Part shown: piece by piece, positions 1 to 8,623 of the stretch
How the letters are laid out: each line of letters opens with the position of its first letter
Numbering within the stretch: position 1 is the stretch's first letter
Assembly: GCA_934155005.1 (NCBI GenBank)
Contig: CAKPGR010000001.1
Location: 18,054 to 82,053, forward strand
Direction of reading: 5' to 3'
DNA length: 64,000 nucleotides
Source: an uncultured Bacilli bacterium
GTDB taxonomy: Bacteria; Bacillota_I; Bacilli_A; RF39; UBA660
The notes under the pieces: model-generated
Told to the model about the DNA's origin: nothing
The model's database searches: none
Seen by the model: the letters and a program-made list of their open reading frames with translations, nothing else
Translations under genes and position numbers: made by a program

Positions 1-520
1 TTGGTTCTATATCATTATTTTCTGAAATATTTTCTTGGTTTTCTAATGGAACTACATCTATATTTGGTACTACATTATCTATTTGATCTTGATTTACATC
101 AACTGATTGGTCTATCATTTCATTATTTGAAGTAGATAATTCACTTTCAAAATAATTTGAAGATAGTATGTTAACTAATTTTTGATCTAGTTTAAAAAAC
201 CTTGGATTTGATACCTTAATACCATCTATTAAACTATAGTCTAAATCTTTTGTTTCTATCATTTTTTTTGATTTTAATTCTTTTATTACTTTTTTGACAA
301 TTTTTTGCATTCCCTTCCACTCTGTTTCATCCTTTATATTTTGAATAACTGGAACGCCTAATTCTTCTAACACTTTCATTAAATATAATTTTTGATAATT
401 CTTTTCATCAAATTCACCTATTGTATATATCAAATAACAATTATTACGAAATTTAAAATATCTAACTAGATCAACATTCATTTTAGTTCCATCAGGATTT
501 GTAATCATCATTTTTTTCAT
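1..520 (-). CDS. hypothetical protein; its C-terminus runs off the window edge
   Basis: The reverse-strand ORF starts at the ATG at 520-518 (MKKMMITNPDGTKMNVDLVRYFKF...) and has no stop before position 1. A compact N-terminal domain is followed by an acidic N/D/E/Q-rich tail. It is not in the ORF track because it is open-ended. Confidence 0.45.
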   Translation of the reverse strand, partial: MKKMMITNPDGTKMNVDLVRYFKFRNNCYLIYTIGEFDEKNYQKLYLMKVLEELGVPVIQNIKDETEWKGMQKIVKKVIKELKSKKMIETKDLDYSLIDGIKVSNPRFFKLDQKLVNILSSNYFESELSTSNNEMIDQSVDVNQDQIDNVVPNIDVVPLENQENISENNDIEP

Positions 521-594
521 TATAGCACCTCTTTATTCTTAAATGTATTATACCATTATTCATATTTTTTTCAAATAAAAATTTAAAAAAATGT

Positions 595-1041
595 CTATTG
601 GACATTTTTTGCACTACTAATTTTTCTCTTTTCATTCATCATGTATTCAGATATAATAGTTTCTATCTCTGGTAAAGCATTTCTATCAATGTTTGAAAAT
701 GTAACAAATTCTTTTACCGTATCTATTTCTATTTTACCCCATATAAGACCCATTTTTATTTTTAAGTCGTTAAATAAATCGGGAGTTATTGTAGTAAAAA
801 AATAACCAAAAAGAAGTCTTTTTTCTCCCATCATAATTCTTTTATTTGTTAAAACAACAGCATATGTGGATGTAAAATCTAAGGGATTATCATTCTTTTG
901 AGCAGCAAAAGCATATAATACTTCTTCACCTGGATTTAAATGTTTTTCTATTATTTTAGCATGTTGTTTTAATCTCCATGATATTGTCATAGGATATTTA
1001 CTTTTAAAATTTTGTAATCTCTGATAAACTGTTTGTTCCAT
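595..1041 (-). CDS. bacterial PH-domain (YokE-like) protein
   Basis: 148 aa. The pattern ...LNPGEEVLYAFAAQ...YAVVLTNKRIMMGEKR... resembles bacterial pleckstrin-homology (bPH/YokE-like) proteins. Family recognised by eye only. Confidence 0.45.
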   Translation of the reverse strand: MEQTVYQRLQNFKSKYPMTISWRLKQHAKIIEKHLNPGEEVLYAFAAQKNDNPLDFTSTYAVVLTNKRIMMGEKRLLFGYFFTTITPDLFNDLKIKMGLIWGKIEIDTVKEFVTFSNIDRNALPEIETIISEYMMNEKRKISSAKNVQ

Positions 1042-1197
1042 ACATTCACCTCTTCGTTATCTATTTTTATTATATCATTATTTTTAAAAATTTAAAATAA
1101 GCTTTTAATTGATGATATATTTTTTAATATATATTTAAAACAAATTTGAATAAAATCAAAACTTATGTCAACAATATACATAGGAGGAATGAAAAAA

Positions 1198-1413
1198 ATG
1201 CAAAATGTACCTAATATAATATCAACTAAGGATTTATCGTATATTTGTGATATGTTCAATTGGAATTTTACTATGTCTAAAAAAGCACTAAATTATAGTA
1301 ACAATGTTACTGATAGTGAAATAAAAGATGAATTGTTAAATATATTTGATATGCACAAAAAAATTTGTAATCAATTATTAAATATATTAAATGGAGGACA
1401 AAATGAACAATAA
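1198..1413 (+). CDS. small protein paired with the CotF-like gene (spore-coat associated, hypothetical)
   Basis: ORF 1165-1413. The preferred start is ATG 1198, about 10 nt after GGAGG. It overlaps the downstream Coat F-domain gene, consistent with a two-gene unit. Confidence 0.45.
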   Translation: MQNVPNIISTKDLSYICDMFNWNFTMSKKALNYSNNVTDSEIKDELLNIFDMHKKICNQLLNILNGGQNEQ

Positions 1414-1714
1414 ATTACAAAATCAAAAAATAGAGCTTGATAGTTCTATAAATATGAATGACGAAAATTATTTAAACGATATTCTTGAAACTGAAAAAAA
1501 TATGAGTGTTAATTTTACATATGCTTTAAATGAAGCAAGTAATGAAAATTTGTTTAATGAACTATATGAAATGTTTAAACAAATTAAAGAGGCTCAAAGA
1601 AATCTTTTTGAACTTAGTTTTAGGAAAGGATTTTATTCCCTTGAAAAAGCTGAGAACAATAAAATTAATGAAGAGTATAATACACTTTTAAATAAATTTA
1701 ATGAAATTAAGTAA
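1403..1714 (+). CDS. Coat F domain (CotF-like spore coat) protein
   Basis: The motif ...YLNDILETEKNMSVNFTYALNEASNENLFNEL...AQRNLFEL... matches the Coat F / ferritin-like four-helix pattern. GGAGG lies 5 nt upstream of ATG 1403. Confidence 0.6.
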   Translation: MNNKLQNQKIELDSSINMNDENYLNDILETEKNMSVNFTYALNEASNENLFNELYEMFKQIKEAQRNLFELSFRKGFYSLEKAENNKINEEYNTLLNKFNEIK

Positions 1715-1763
1715 AAGAGTTTATAATAACATCTTTTATTTTTTTATTGTTTGGGATAAGTAT

Positions 1764-2909
1764 TTATAAAATTTCTTTTTGAATTTTTGAATTTATAATG
1801 ATTGTAGCCATTATTGATAATAAAAATATTATTATAAATACCTTTTCCCCTATAAATACACTAATTAAAGATAATATTGAGAATATAATTATTTCGGTAA
1901 AACATAAACTCATTTGCCCTACTGTGGATAGTAAATTATAATCTTCCTTAGAATTTTTTATAATATTTTGAATTGAGGTTTGAATAGATGTTTCATACAC
2001 TTTTTCAAAATTATCACTTATAGTTTTATTTATTGAGATTAATAATTTACTCTTTAATAATAAGTATAAACTCGTAATTATCACTCTTATGTAACTTACT
2101 ACTGTATTTGATTTTACTATATTTTTATCTGTATATTTACCAATTATAAAAACGGTTATTATTTGTAAACTTAAAGAGACTGTCATAACTATTGCGAAAC
2201 TTTTAAAGTCTTTTAATACTAAAAAGATATATAATGGTACAAATAATCTTTCAATTATATGAAATGTTCTTAAACTATAAATAGTTTTGTAATTACTTTT
2301 ATTCTTTAAAATATATCTCAAAGTTTCTTTAAATATATTTTTATTATTTTTAACAGGTTTATAATCAACTAACTTTGTAAATATGTAATCTAAAATAAAA
2401 AAGATAGTTATTGTTATAAATAATATATTATTATTTTCTTTTAACACACCATAACTAACTAAACAACTAGACAATGTTGCTCCTAAGATTCTTGAAATAT
2501 TTCTAAAACTATTATATCTTCCTCTATATTCAGTTTCTACATACTTATTTGAAACAGCGTCTTCAATAGGATTTGCAAGCGCACCAGGTAAACTCATTGC
2601 AAAAATAAAGAATATTATATTACTATAATCACCATTTAATATAATATATGTACTTACTACTCTTAAAATATTAGCAATTAATGAACACATAGCTATTCCA
2701 AATCTACTAGATATTGTAATAAATAAAGGAGATAAAATTCCCATTATACCAAATCTTATCCCATATAAAAACAAAATTTGATATAATGACATTCCATTTT
2801 TATAAAGCATAACAACACCAAATATATCTATAAAAGAATTGGCAACTGAATAACAAAATTTTGACAAATATAAATATATATATTCTTTTTTATATAAACT
2901 TTTCTTCAT
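1764..2909 (-). CDS. polytopic membrane protein, probably an MFS-type transporter
   Basis: 381 aa with about 10-12 hydrophobic segments. The short basic loop YRGRYNSFRN after TM2/3 is reminiscent of MFS motif A. Confidence 0.5.
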   Translation of the reverse strand: MKKSLYKKEYIYLYLSKFCYSVANSFIDIFGVVMLYKNGMSLYQILFLYGIRFGIMGILSPLFITISSRFGIAMCSLIANILRVVSTYIILNGDYSNIIFFIFAMSLPGALANPIEDAVSNKYVETEYRGRYNSFRNISRILGATLSSCLVSYGVLKENNNILFITITIFFILDYIFTKLVDYKPVKNNKNIFKETLRYILKNKSNYKTIYSLRTFHIIERLFVPLYIFLVLKDFKSFAIVMTVSLSLQIITVFIIGKYTDKNIVKSNTVVSYIRVIITSLYLLLKSKLLISINKTISDNFEKVYETSIQTSIQNIIKNSKEDYNLLSTVGQMSLCFTEIIIFSILSLISVFIGEKVFIIIFLLSIMATIIINSKIQKEIL

Positions 2910-3063
2910 ACTATACTTCCTTAATTTTTTCTAATAAAATTATACTATAAATTATAAAAATTAAAAAGTTAGTACACACTTATTTGATATTTTAAAATTT
3001 ATTTATTTTTTATAATAAATATTTTATATCAAAAAAAGTATCAACGAATCTGATGATACTTTT

Positions 3064-3900
3064 TTAATTAGTTATTAAATCATTTTCTTCATTAACTTGT
3101 TTTTGTAATAACTCTAAATCTTTTATATTTTTATTATCTTTTAATACTTTCATTTGTCTTTTTGCTGAATGATTAAGTCTTACTAACCTTTCACCTTGTG
3201 GTATTTTTTCTTCAATTAGTTCTGCATTTGTGTTTTGCAGATTGTTTAATATCACTAAATGAAGCAAATCAGTATAATCTCTTATATTTCCATTTTCAGC
3301 AAGTTTTGGATTTCTTTCTCTCCATTCTTTTGCTGTCATCCCAAATAAAGCAACATTTAAAACATCAGCTTCTTCAGCATAAACAAATTTCTTTTGCGCT
3401 TCTGTAAGTGTTGGAACAATATAGGTTTTTACTGCATCAGTGTGAACCACATAGTTTAATTTAGATAAAATTCTATTTGCTTGCCAATCTATTTTTTCTT
3501 GATAAGCTTCATTAGTTTTTAATCTCTCAAATTCAGTTATTAAATATAATTTAAACTCCGAGGATAGCCAACTTGCAAATTCAAATGCAATATCTGGATG
3601 GGCATATGTTCCAATACTATATCTCCCACCTTTTGAAATTATTCCTATTGTTTTAGTTCTTTTTACCCATTGTGTTGGTGACATTGCAAATGAGTTTCTA
3701 CCGTATTCAGTTTTAATTTGGTCGAATTCGACCAAATTAAAATCTTGATTATGAATTTCTTCCCATAGTCCAATATAATCAATAGTATTTATTCTTCTTA
3801 ACCAGTTTTTAACTGTAAAAGATGGATCACTTGAATTTTGATACTTTGCTAAATCAGTTAAAGAAATGTAATTAACATTTCCAACTCTTAGTATTCCCAC
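3064..3900 (-). CDS. KilA-N domain-containing protein; the 5' end is possibly disrupted at a homopolymer
   Basis: NYISLTDLAKYQN...FTVKNWLRRINTIDYIGLWE...SFAMSPTQWV...GTYAHPDIAFEFASWLS is a typical KilA-N DNA-binding domain. The track start is a GTG. A better N-terminus (MRKNIEKRFGKSEIIVKENK) lies upstream but is out of frame by one A in an A7 run. Confidence 0.7.
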   Translation of the reverse strand: MGILRVGNVNYISLTDLAKYQNSSDPSFTVKNWLRRINTIDYIGLWEEIHNQDFNLVEFDQIKTEYGRNSFAMSPTQWVKRTKTIGIISKGGRYSIGTYAHPDIAFEFASWLSSEFKLYLITEFERLKTNEAYQEKIDWQANRILSKLNYVVHTDAVKTYIVPTLTEAQKKFVYAEEADVLNVALFGMTAKEWRERNPKLAENGNIRDYTDLLHLVILNNLQNTNAELIEEKIPQGERLVRLNHSAKRQMKVLKDNKNIKDLELLQKQVNEENDLITN

Positions 3901-3977
3901 CTTATTTTCTTTAACTATTATTTCTGATTTACCAAATCTTTTTTCAATATTTTTTTCTCATTTCTATTTAGATTTTA

Positions 3978-4014
3978 AAAGGTGTCAACAAATATAATTA
4001 TTGTTCACACCTTT
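3978..4014 (-). terminator. putative rho-independent terminator downstream of secA
   Basis: The inverted repeat AAAGGTGT(CAACAA)...(TTGTTC)ACACCTTT is followed by TTTT on the minus strand. Confidence 0.5.
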
Positions 4015-4106
4015 ATTTTACTACATAATTTTAATTTTTTGTGGACAAGTTCAAAAAACGAACCAACTTAATAATTTTTGAATTTTAAATATTCCTTTAT
4101 TTTATG

Positions 4107-6599
4107 CTACTTTCCACAGCAATTCTTATATTTTTTTCCCGAACCACATGGACAAGGTTCATTTCTACCAATTTTGTTTACTACTTTTGGCGATTTCTTT
4201 TTTACTTTATTAGCATCATTTACAGCTTCACCTTTAACAACTTGTTTTCTTTCAACATTTTGTCTTACTTCAGCATTTATTAAGTAAGTTGTTATTTCTT
4301 TATCAATATTGCTAAGCATATCATCATACATTTCAAACCCTTCTGATGTATATGCTCTTAAAGGATCTACTTGTGCATAACTTCTTAAATGAATTCCTTC
4401 TCTTAAATTAGACATTGTATTTATATGTTCCATCCAATGTGTATCAATAACTCTAAGTGAAATAGCTTTTTCAAACTCATTTGCTATTTCAATTGGTAAT
4501 TCTTCTATTTTTTTTGTATATTCTTCTACAACTTTATCATAAATATAGTCAATTAAATCATTTTCCTTTAATTCTTTTATTTCTGAAATAGATATTTCTG
4601 ATTTTACAAGATGTTCATTTACGTATTCTAATATTTCATGTAAATCTAAATCTGTTAAATAACCTTCAGGTAACATATGACTATCAACTAAATCTGTAAC
4701 ATAATTTTTAAAAGTTTCTAATATTGTTTCATGAATTGATTCTGAATCTAATATTTCATTTCTTTTTTCATAAATATATTCTCTTTGTTGATTAATTACA
4801 TCATCATATTGAAGTAAATTTTTACGGATATCAAAGTTATTTCCTTCAACTCTTTTTTGAGCTGATTCTATTGAACCTGATAAGAATTTATTTCTAATTG
4901 AAGTATCATCATCAAATCCAATTCTTGCTAACATTTCTTTGGCTCTATCAGTACCAAATCTAACCATTAAATCATCTTCAAAAGAAACACAAAATTGAGA
5001 TGCACCTGGATCACCTTGACGACCAGACCTACCTCTTAATTGATTATCAATTCTTCTTGATTCATGTCTTTCAGTACCGATTACAAATAGACCGCCTAAT
5101 TCTTTTACTTCATCTGATAATTTAATATCTGTTCCACGTCCTGCCATATTAGTTGCAATTGTGACAGCTCCTTTATCACCAGCTTTTGCTATAATTTCTG
5201 CTTCACGAGCATTATTTTTAGCATTTAAAACTTCATGTGGAATATGTTCTTTTTTTAACATTGAACTAATTAATTCACTAGTTTCTACTGCTATTGTACC
5301 TACAAGTACTGGCTGACCATTAGCATGTCTTTCCTTTATTTCATTAATAATAGCTTTATATTTTCCTTTTTTTGTTGCGAATAATAAATCACCATAATCT
5401 TTTCTAGCTATAGGTTGATTTGTTGGTATTTCGATAACATACATGTTATAAATTTCTCTAAATTCTTCTTCTTCTGTTTTTGCTGTACCTGTCATACCAG
5501 ATAGTTTATTGTACATTCTGAATAAATTTTGGAAAGTAATTGTTGCTAGTGTTTTTGTTTCTTGTTCTATTTCTACACCTTCTTTAGCTTCGATTGCTTG
5601 GTGTAATCCATCAGAATAACTTCTTCCCGCCATTAAACGACCAGTGAATGGGTCAACGATAACAATCTTTCCATCACTAACTACATAGTCCATGTCCTTC
5701 TTCATAGCATAATTAGCACGTAATGCTTGATTTATGTAATGAACTAAATTGGTATTTGATAAATCATATAGATTGTCTACATTAAAGAATTTTTCAGCAT
5801 CTTTTATTCCTTCTTCATCTAATGATACAGATTTTGTCTTTTCATCATATATATATCCTTTATTTTCAGTTAGTTTTTTTACAAATTTATCAGCAGATAT
5901 ATATAAATTAGCAGATTCCATTCTGCCACCAGATATAATAAGTGGTGTTCTGGCTTCATCTATAAGAACTGAATCAACTTCATCTATAATTACAAAATTT
6001 AATGGTCTTTGAACTCTATTTTCAGCTTTTACAACCATGTTATCTCTTAAATAGTCAAATCCAAGTTCATTATTAGTTGTATACATAATATCACAAAGGT
6101 AAGCTTCTTTTTTTTCTTTTGGAGAACTTTCGCGGAAATTAATTCCAACAGTAAGTCCTAAAAATCTATAGATATTCCCCATCCAGTTAGCATCTCTTTC
6201 TGCTAAGTATTCGTTTACAGTTATAATATGAACACCTTGTCCTGTTAATGCATTTAGATAAGCAGGCATAGTTGCTGTAAGGGTTTTACCTTCACCTGTT
6301 TTCATTTCAGCAATATTACCACCATGAATAGCAAGTCCACCTAATATTTGAACATAATATGGTTTCTCTCCTATAACACGATATGCAGCTTCACGAGCAG
6401 TAGCAAATGCTTCAACCTTAATATCTTCTAGTGTTTCACCATTTTCTAATCTTTTTCTAAATTCTTTTGTTTTATCTTTTAATTTTTTATCAGTTAATTT
6501 ACTATATTCTTCATCTAATGAAATAATTTCATCAGCCACTTTTTTAAATTTTTCTAGTTCTTTATATTCTTGATCAAATATTTTTTTAAGAAAATTCAT
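4107..6599 (-). CDS. secA: preprotein translocase ATPase SecA
   Basis: 830 aa. It has SecA motor motifs (MKTGEGKTLTATMPAYLNAL, VIIDEVDSVLIDEARTPLIISG, TNMAGRGTDI) and the C-terminal zinc motif CPCGSGKKYKNCCGK. Confidence 0.97.
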   Translation of the reverse strand: MNFLKKIFDQEYKELEKFKKVADEIISLDEEYSKLTDKKLKDKTKEFRKRLENGETLEDIKVEAFATAREAAYRVIGEKPYYVQILGGLAIHGGNIAEMKTGEGKTLTATMPAYLNALTGQGVHIITVNEYLAERDANWMGNIYRFLGLTVGINFRESSPKEKKEAYLCDIMYTTNNELGFDYLRDNMVVKAENRVQRPLNFVIIDEVDSVLIDEARTPLIISGGRMESANLYISADKFVKKLTENKGYIYDEKTKSVSLDEEGIKDAEKFFNVDNLYDLSNTNLVHYINQALRANYAMKKDMDYVVSDGKIVIVDPFTGRLMAGRSYSDGLHQAIEAKEGVEIEQETKTLATITFQNLFRMYNKLSGMTGTAKTEEEEFREIYNMYVIEIPTNQPIARKDYGDLLFATKKGKYKAIINEIKERHANGQPVLVGTIAVETSELISSMLKKEHIPHEVLNAKNNAREAEIIAKAGDKGAVTIATNMAGRGTDIKLSDEVKELGGLFVIGTERHESRRIDNQLRGRSGRQGDPGASQFCVSFEDDLMVRFGTDRAKEMLARIGFDDDTSIRNKFLSGSIESAQKRVEGNNFDIRKNLLQYDDVINQQREYIYEKRNEILDSESIHETILETFKNYVTDLVDSHMLPEGYLTDLDLHEILEYVNEHLVKSEISISEIKELKENDLIDYIYDKVVEEYTKKIEELPIEIANEFEKAISLRVIDTHWMEHINTMSNLREGIHLRSYAQVDPLRAYTSEGFEMYDDMLSNIDKEITTYLINAEVRQNVERKQVVKGEAVNDANKVKKKSPKVVNKIGRNEPCPCGSGKKYKNCCGK

Positions 6600-6670
6600 T
6601 TTATTTCCTTCTTTCTATAAATATATATTATATTTTATCAAATTTTTGATAAAAATAATAGTATTTTAAA

Positions 6671-6693
6671 GAAAAAAGGAGCATTAGGCTCCT
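6671..6693 (-). terminator. hpf terminator
   Basis: The hairpin AGGAGC-N5-GCTCCT overlaps the hpf stop codon and is followed by a T-run on the minus strand. Confidence 0.6.
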
Positions 6694-7216
6694 ATTTCAT
6701 ATCAATTATTCCGTAATTTCCATCTTTTCTTTTATATAAAACTGAATTAGTTTTTGTATCTGCATTTTGGAAAGCAAAGAACTCATGTCCAAGTAAATTC
6801 ATTTGAAGTATTGCTTCTTCTTCACTCATTGGTTTTAAGTCTATTGTTTTTCTCTTTATAATCTCACTATTTTCTTCTTCAACAGATTCAAAATCTTTAA
6901 ACATATTTATTTTTTCTTTGTTTTCTCTACGTTTAATTCTAGTTTTATTTTTTCTAATTTGTCTTTCTAATTTGTCGGTAACAAGATCAATTGATGCATA
7001 TAAATCTTTATTTGTTTCTTCAGCTCTAATAAGCATTTTTTTAAGTGGAATTGTAACTTCTACCTTATGTCCAACACCTTGTTTCGATATCAAAACATTT
7101 GCTAAAAGTTCCTCACTATTTTCAAAATACTTATCTAGTTTGTTCAATTTTGATTCAATGTATGTTTTCATTGAATCAGTGGTTTCGCTTTTAATGTTTC
7201 TAACATTATATTTCAT
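6692..7216 (-). CDS. hpf: ribosome hibernation-promoting factor (long form)
   Basis: MKYNVRNIK... has the sigma-54-modulation/RaiA fold plus a C-terminal dimerisation domain (...EEAILQMNLLGHEFFAFQNADT...VLYKRKDGNYGII). It lies upstream of secA as in B. subtilis. Start chosen at ATG 7216, 9 nt after GGAAGGA. Confidence 0.9.
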   Translation of the reverse strand: MKYNVRNIKSETTDSMKTYIESKLNKLDKYFENSEELLANVLISKQGVGHKVEVTIPLKKMLIRAEETNKDLYASIDLVTDKLERQIRKNKTRIKRRENKEKINMFKDFESVEEENSEIIKRKTIDLKPMSEEEAILQMNLLGHEFFAFQNADTKTNSVLYKRKDGNYGIIDMK

Positions 7217-7337
7217 AATCATCAATCCTTCCTATTTATATTATAACATGTAATTTTTTAAACAGAAAGTTTTTTTATTATTTTTCATATTTTCACATTT
7301 ATATTGAATAAAAAAAACTACTCTAGATTTATAAAAT

Positions 7338-7550
7338 TTAAACTAAAGTAGTTTTTATTTCGACAACATTCTTCGCTTGAAGACCTTTATCAGTTCTAAC
7401 TAGTTCAAATTCGACATATTGACCTTCTACTAAGGTTCTATAACCTTCAGATAAAATTGAAGAATAATGTACAAAAATATCTTCTCTATCATTATATTCA
7501 ATAAATCCAAACCCTTTGTCATTATTAAACCATTTAACTTTACCTCTCAC
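7338..7550 (-). CDS. cold-shock protein (CspA family)
   Basis: 70 aa. GKVKWFNNDKGFGFI...DIFVHYS contains the RNP1/RNP2 motifs. Confidence 0.95.
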   Translation of the reverse strand: MRGKVKWFNNDKGFGFIEYNDREDIFVHYSSILSEGYRTLVEGQYVEFELVRTDKGLQAKNVVEIKTTLV

Positions 7551-7768
7551 AAAACACGTCTCCCTTCTAGTAATCTTCGTTACAAGATTATTATAAATAT
7601 AAAATTACACAGATTCAACAAATTTAAATCAACAAATTATGACATTTCTCGATGTTCTTTTGCGAAACCATCGTTATTGTACCATGCAAGTTATAAATAA
7701 CTTAGATTTTTGTCGTGAATTGTCACTTTTTCTGTACGAATTGTAATCTTTTTTTATTTTGGAACTTT

Positions 7769-7801
7769 TTAAAAACATTTAAAATTAACTTTAAAACATT
7801 T
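7769..7801 (+). promoter_or_regulatory. candidate LytTR (AgrA-like) direct-repeat operator upstream of agrB
   Basis: T[A/T]AAAACATTT occurs twice, with the 9-mer AAAACATTT at 7772-7780 and 7793-7801. The 21-bp period matches the 9-bp repeat plus 12-bp spacer used by LytTR regulators. ACATTTAAA resembles the AgrA box ACAGTTAAG. TATAAT lies at 7837-7842 with a poor -35. Confidence 0.3.
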
Positions 7802-7865
7802 CGTACAAGTTTTAAAATTACTTTCTAATTTTAATTTATAATTGATTCCGATGTGAGGTGTTTTT

Positions 7866-8480
7866 ATGAAAAATAAGTTTTTAAATTACAGTTTAAAAAT
7901 GATTAAAAATAACAATTCAAATCTAAGTGAAATTGAATTAGATGAAATTAGATATGGACTTGAAGGAATCTATTTAACTATAACAAAAACAATCGTCATA
8001 TTTGCCCTTTCATTAATTCTCGGGGTTTTTAAAGAAATGCTGTTATTGTTGTTTTTCTTTAATATTTTAAGATTTACTGGATTTGGATTACATGCTAAAA
8101 AAAGTTGGCAGTGTTGGATTTCCTCTATTATTTTATTTGTTTTTCTGCCTATGTTAGCGAAAGTGATTATAATACCTTTTTGTATTAGATTTATTATAGA
8201 CATGTTAAGTATTATATTGATATTTAAATTTGCACCAGCTGATACAGAAAAGCATCCTTTAATAAATGAGAAAAAAAGAAAGATATGGAAAATTATAACA
8301 ACCATCAATACCATCTTTATTGTATTATTGAATTTAATAATTAAAGATAATACAATAATAAACCTAATAATATTCAGTATCTATATTGAAATCATTTTAA
8401 TAAATCCATTAACTTATAAATTTTTAAATTTAAACTACAATAACTATCAAAAATATAATTTAGAAGTGGAGGTAGTGTAA
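7866..8480 (+). CDS. agrB: AgrB-family autoinducing-peptide processing protein
   Basis: 204 aa, polytopic. LRFTGFGLHAKKSWQCWISS matches the conserved AgrB R..GG.HA....C catalytic region. Confidence 0.85.
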   Translation: MKNKFLNYSLKMIKNNNSNLSEIELDEIRYGLEGIYLTITKTIVIFALSLILGVFKEMLLLLFFFNILRFTGFGLHAKKSWQCWISSIILFVFLPMLAKVIIIPFCIRFIIDMLSIILIFKFAPADTEKHPLINEKKRKIWKIITTINTIFIVLLNLIIKDNTIINLIIFSIYIEIILINPLTYKFLNLNYNNYQKYNLEVEVV

Positions 8481-8599
8481 TGAATTTTGTGATAAATTTT
8501 TTAAAAAATCTCGGTAAAATAAGTTCATCTGTTGGAACTAATGCATGTGTATTTTTATATTTAGACGAATCTGTCTGTCCAAAATCATTATTAAAATAA
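8480..8599 (+). CDS. agrD: AgrD-like autoinducing-peptide precursor (39 aa, not in the ORF track)
   Basis: Its ATG overlaps the agrB stop (TAATG). Sequence: MNFVINFLKNLGKISSSVGTNACVFLYLDESVCPKSLLK. It has an amphipathic leader, a Cys-containing core, and the tail DESVCPKSL (compare S. aureus DEVEVPKEL). Confidence 0.8.
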   Translation: MNFVINFLKNLGKISSSVGTNACVFLYLDESVCPKSLLK

Positions 8600-8623
8600 G
8601 AGCTTTTAGGCTCTTATTTTTTT
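8598..8623. terminator. bidirectional terminator between the convergent agrD and kinase genes
   Basis: The hairpin AAGAGC-TTTTAG-GCTCTT has a T-run on the plus strand and an A-run upstream. Confidence 0.6.

Noticed and set aside
3064-3900. I considered whether the KilA-N gene marks a prophage or mobile island.
   Set aside because: No integrase, recombinase, terminase, capsid or tail genes, att-like repeats or tRNA target are nearby. It is flanked by secA and an MFS-like gene, so at most it is a solitary domesticated or remnant gene.
3958-4107. I considered whether TGA is reassigned (Mollicute-like code 4). The reasons were that prfB is missing downstream of secA and that an in-frame TGA precedes the KilA-N ORF.
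   Set aside because: recF (stop at 43439-43441) and dnaX (stop at 50113-50115) both end at TGA codons at the expected protein lengths, overlapping the next gene's ATG. All standard-code ORFs have normal lengths, so TGA is a stop here.
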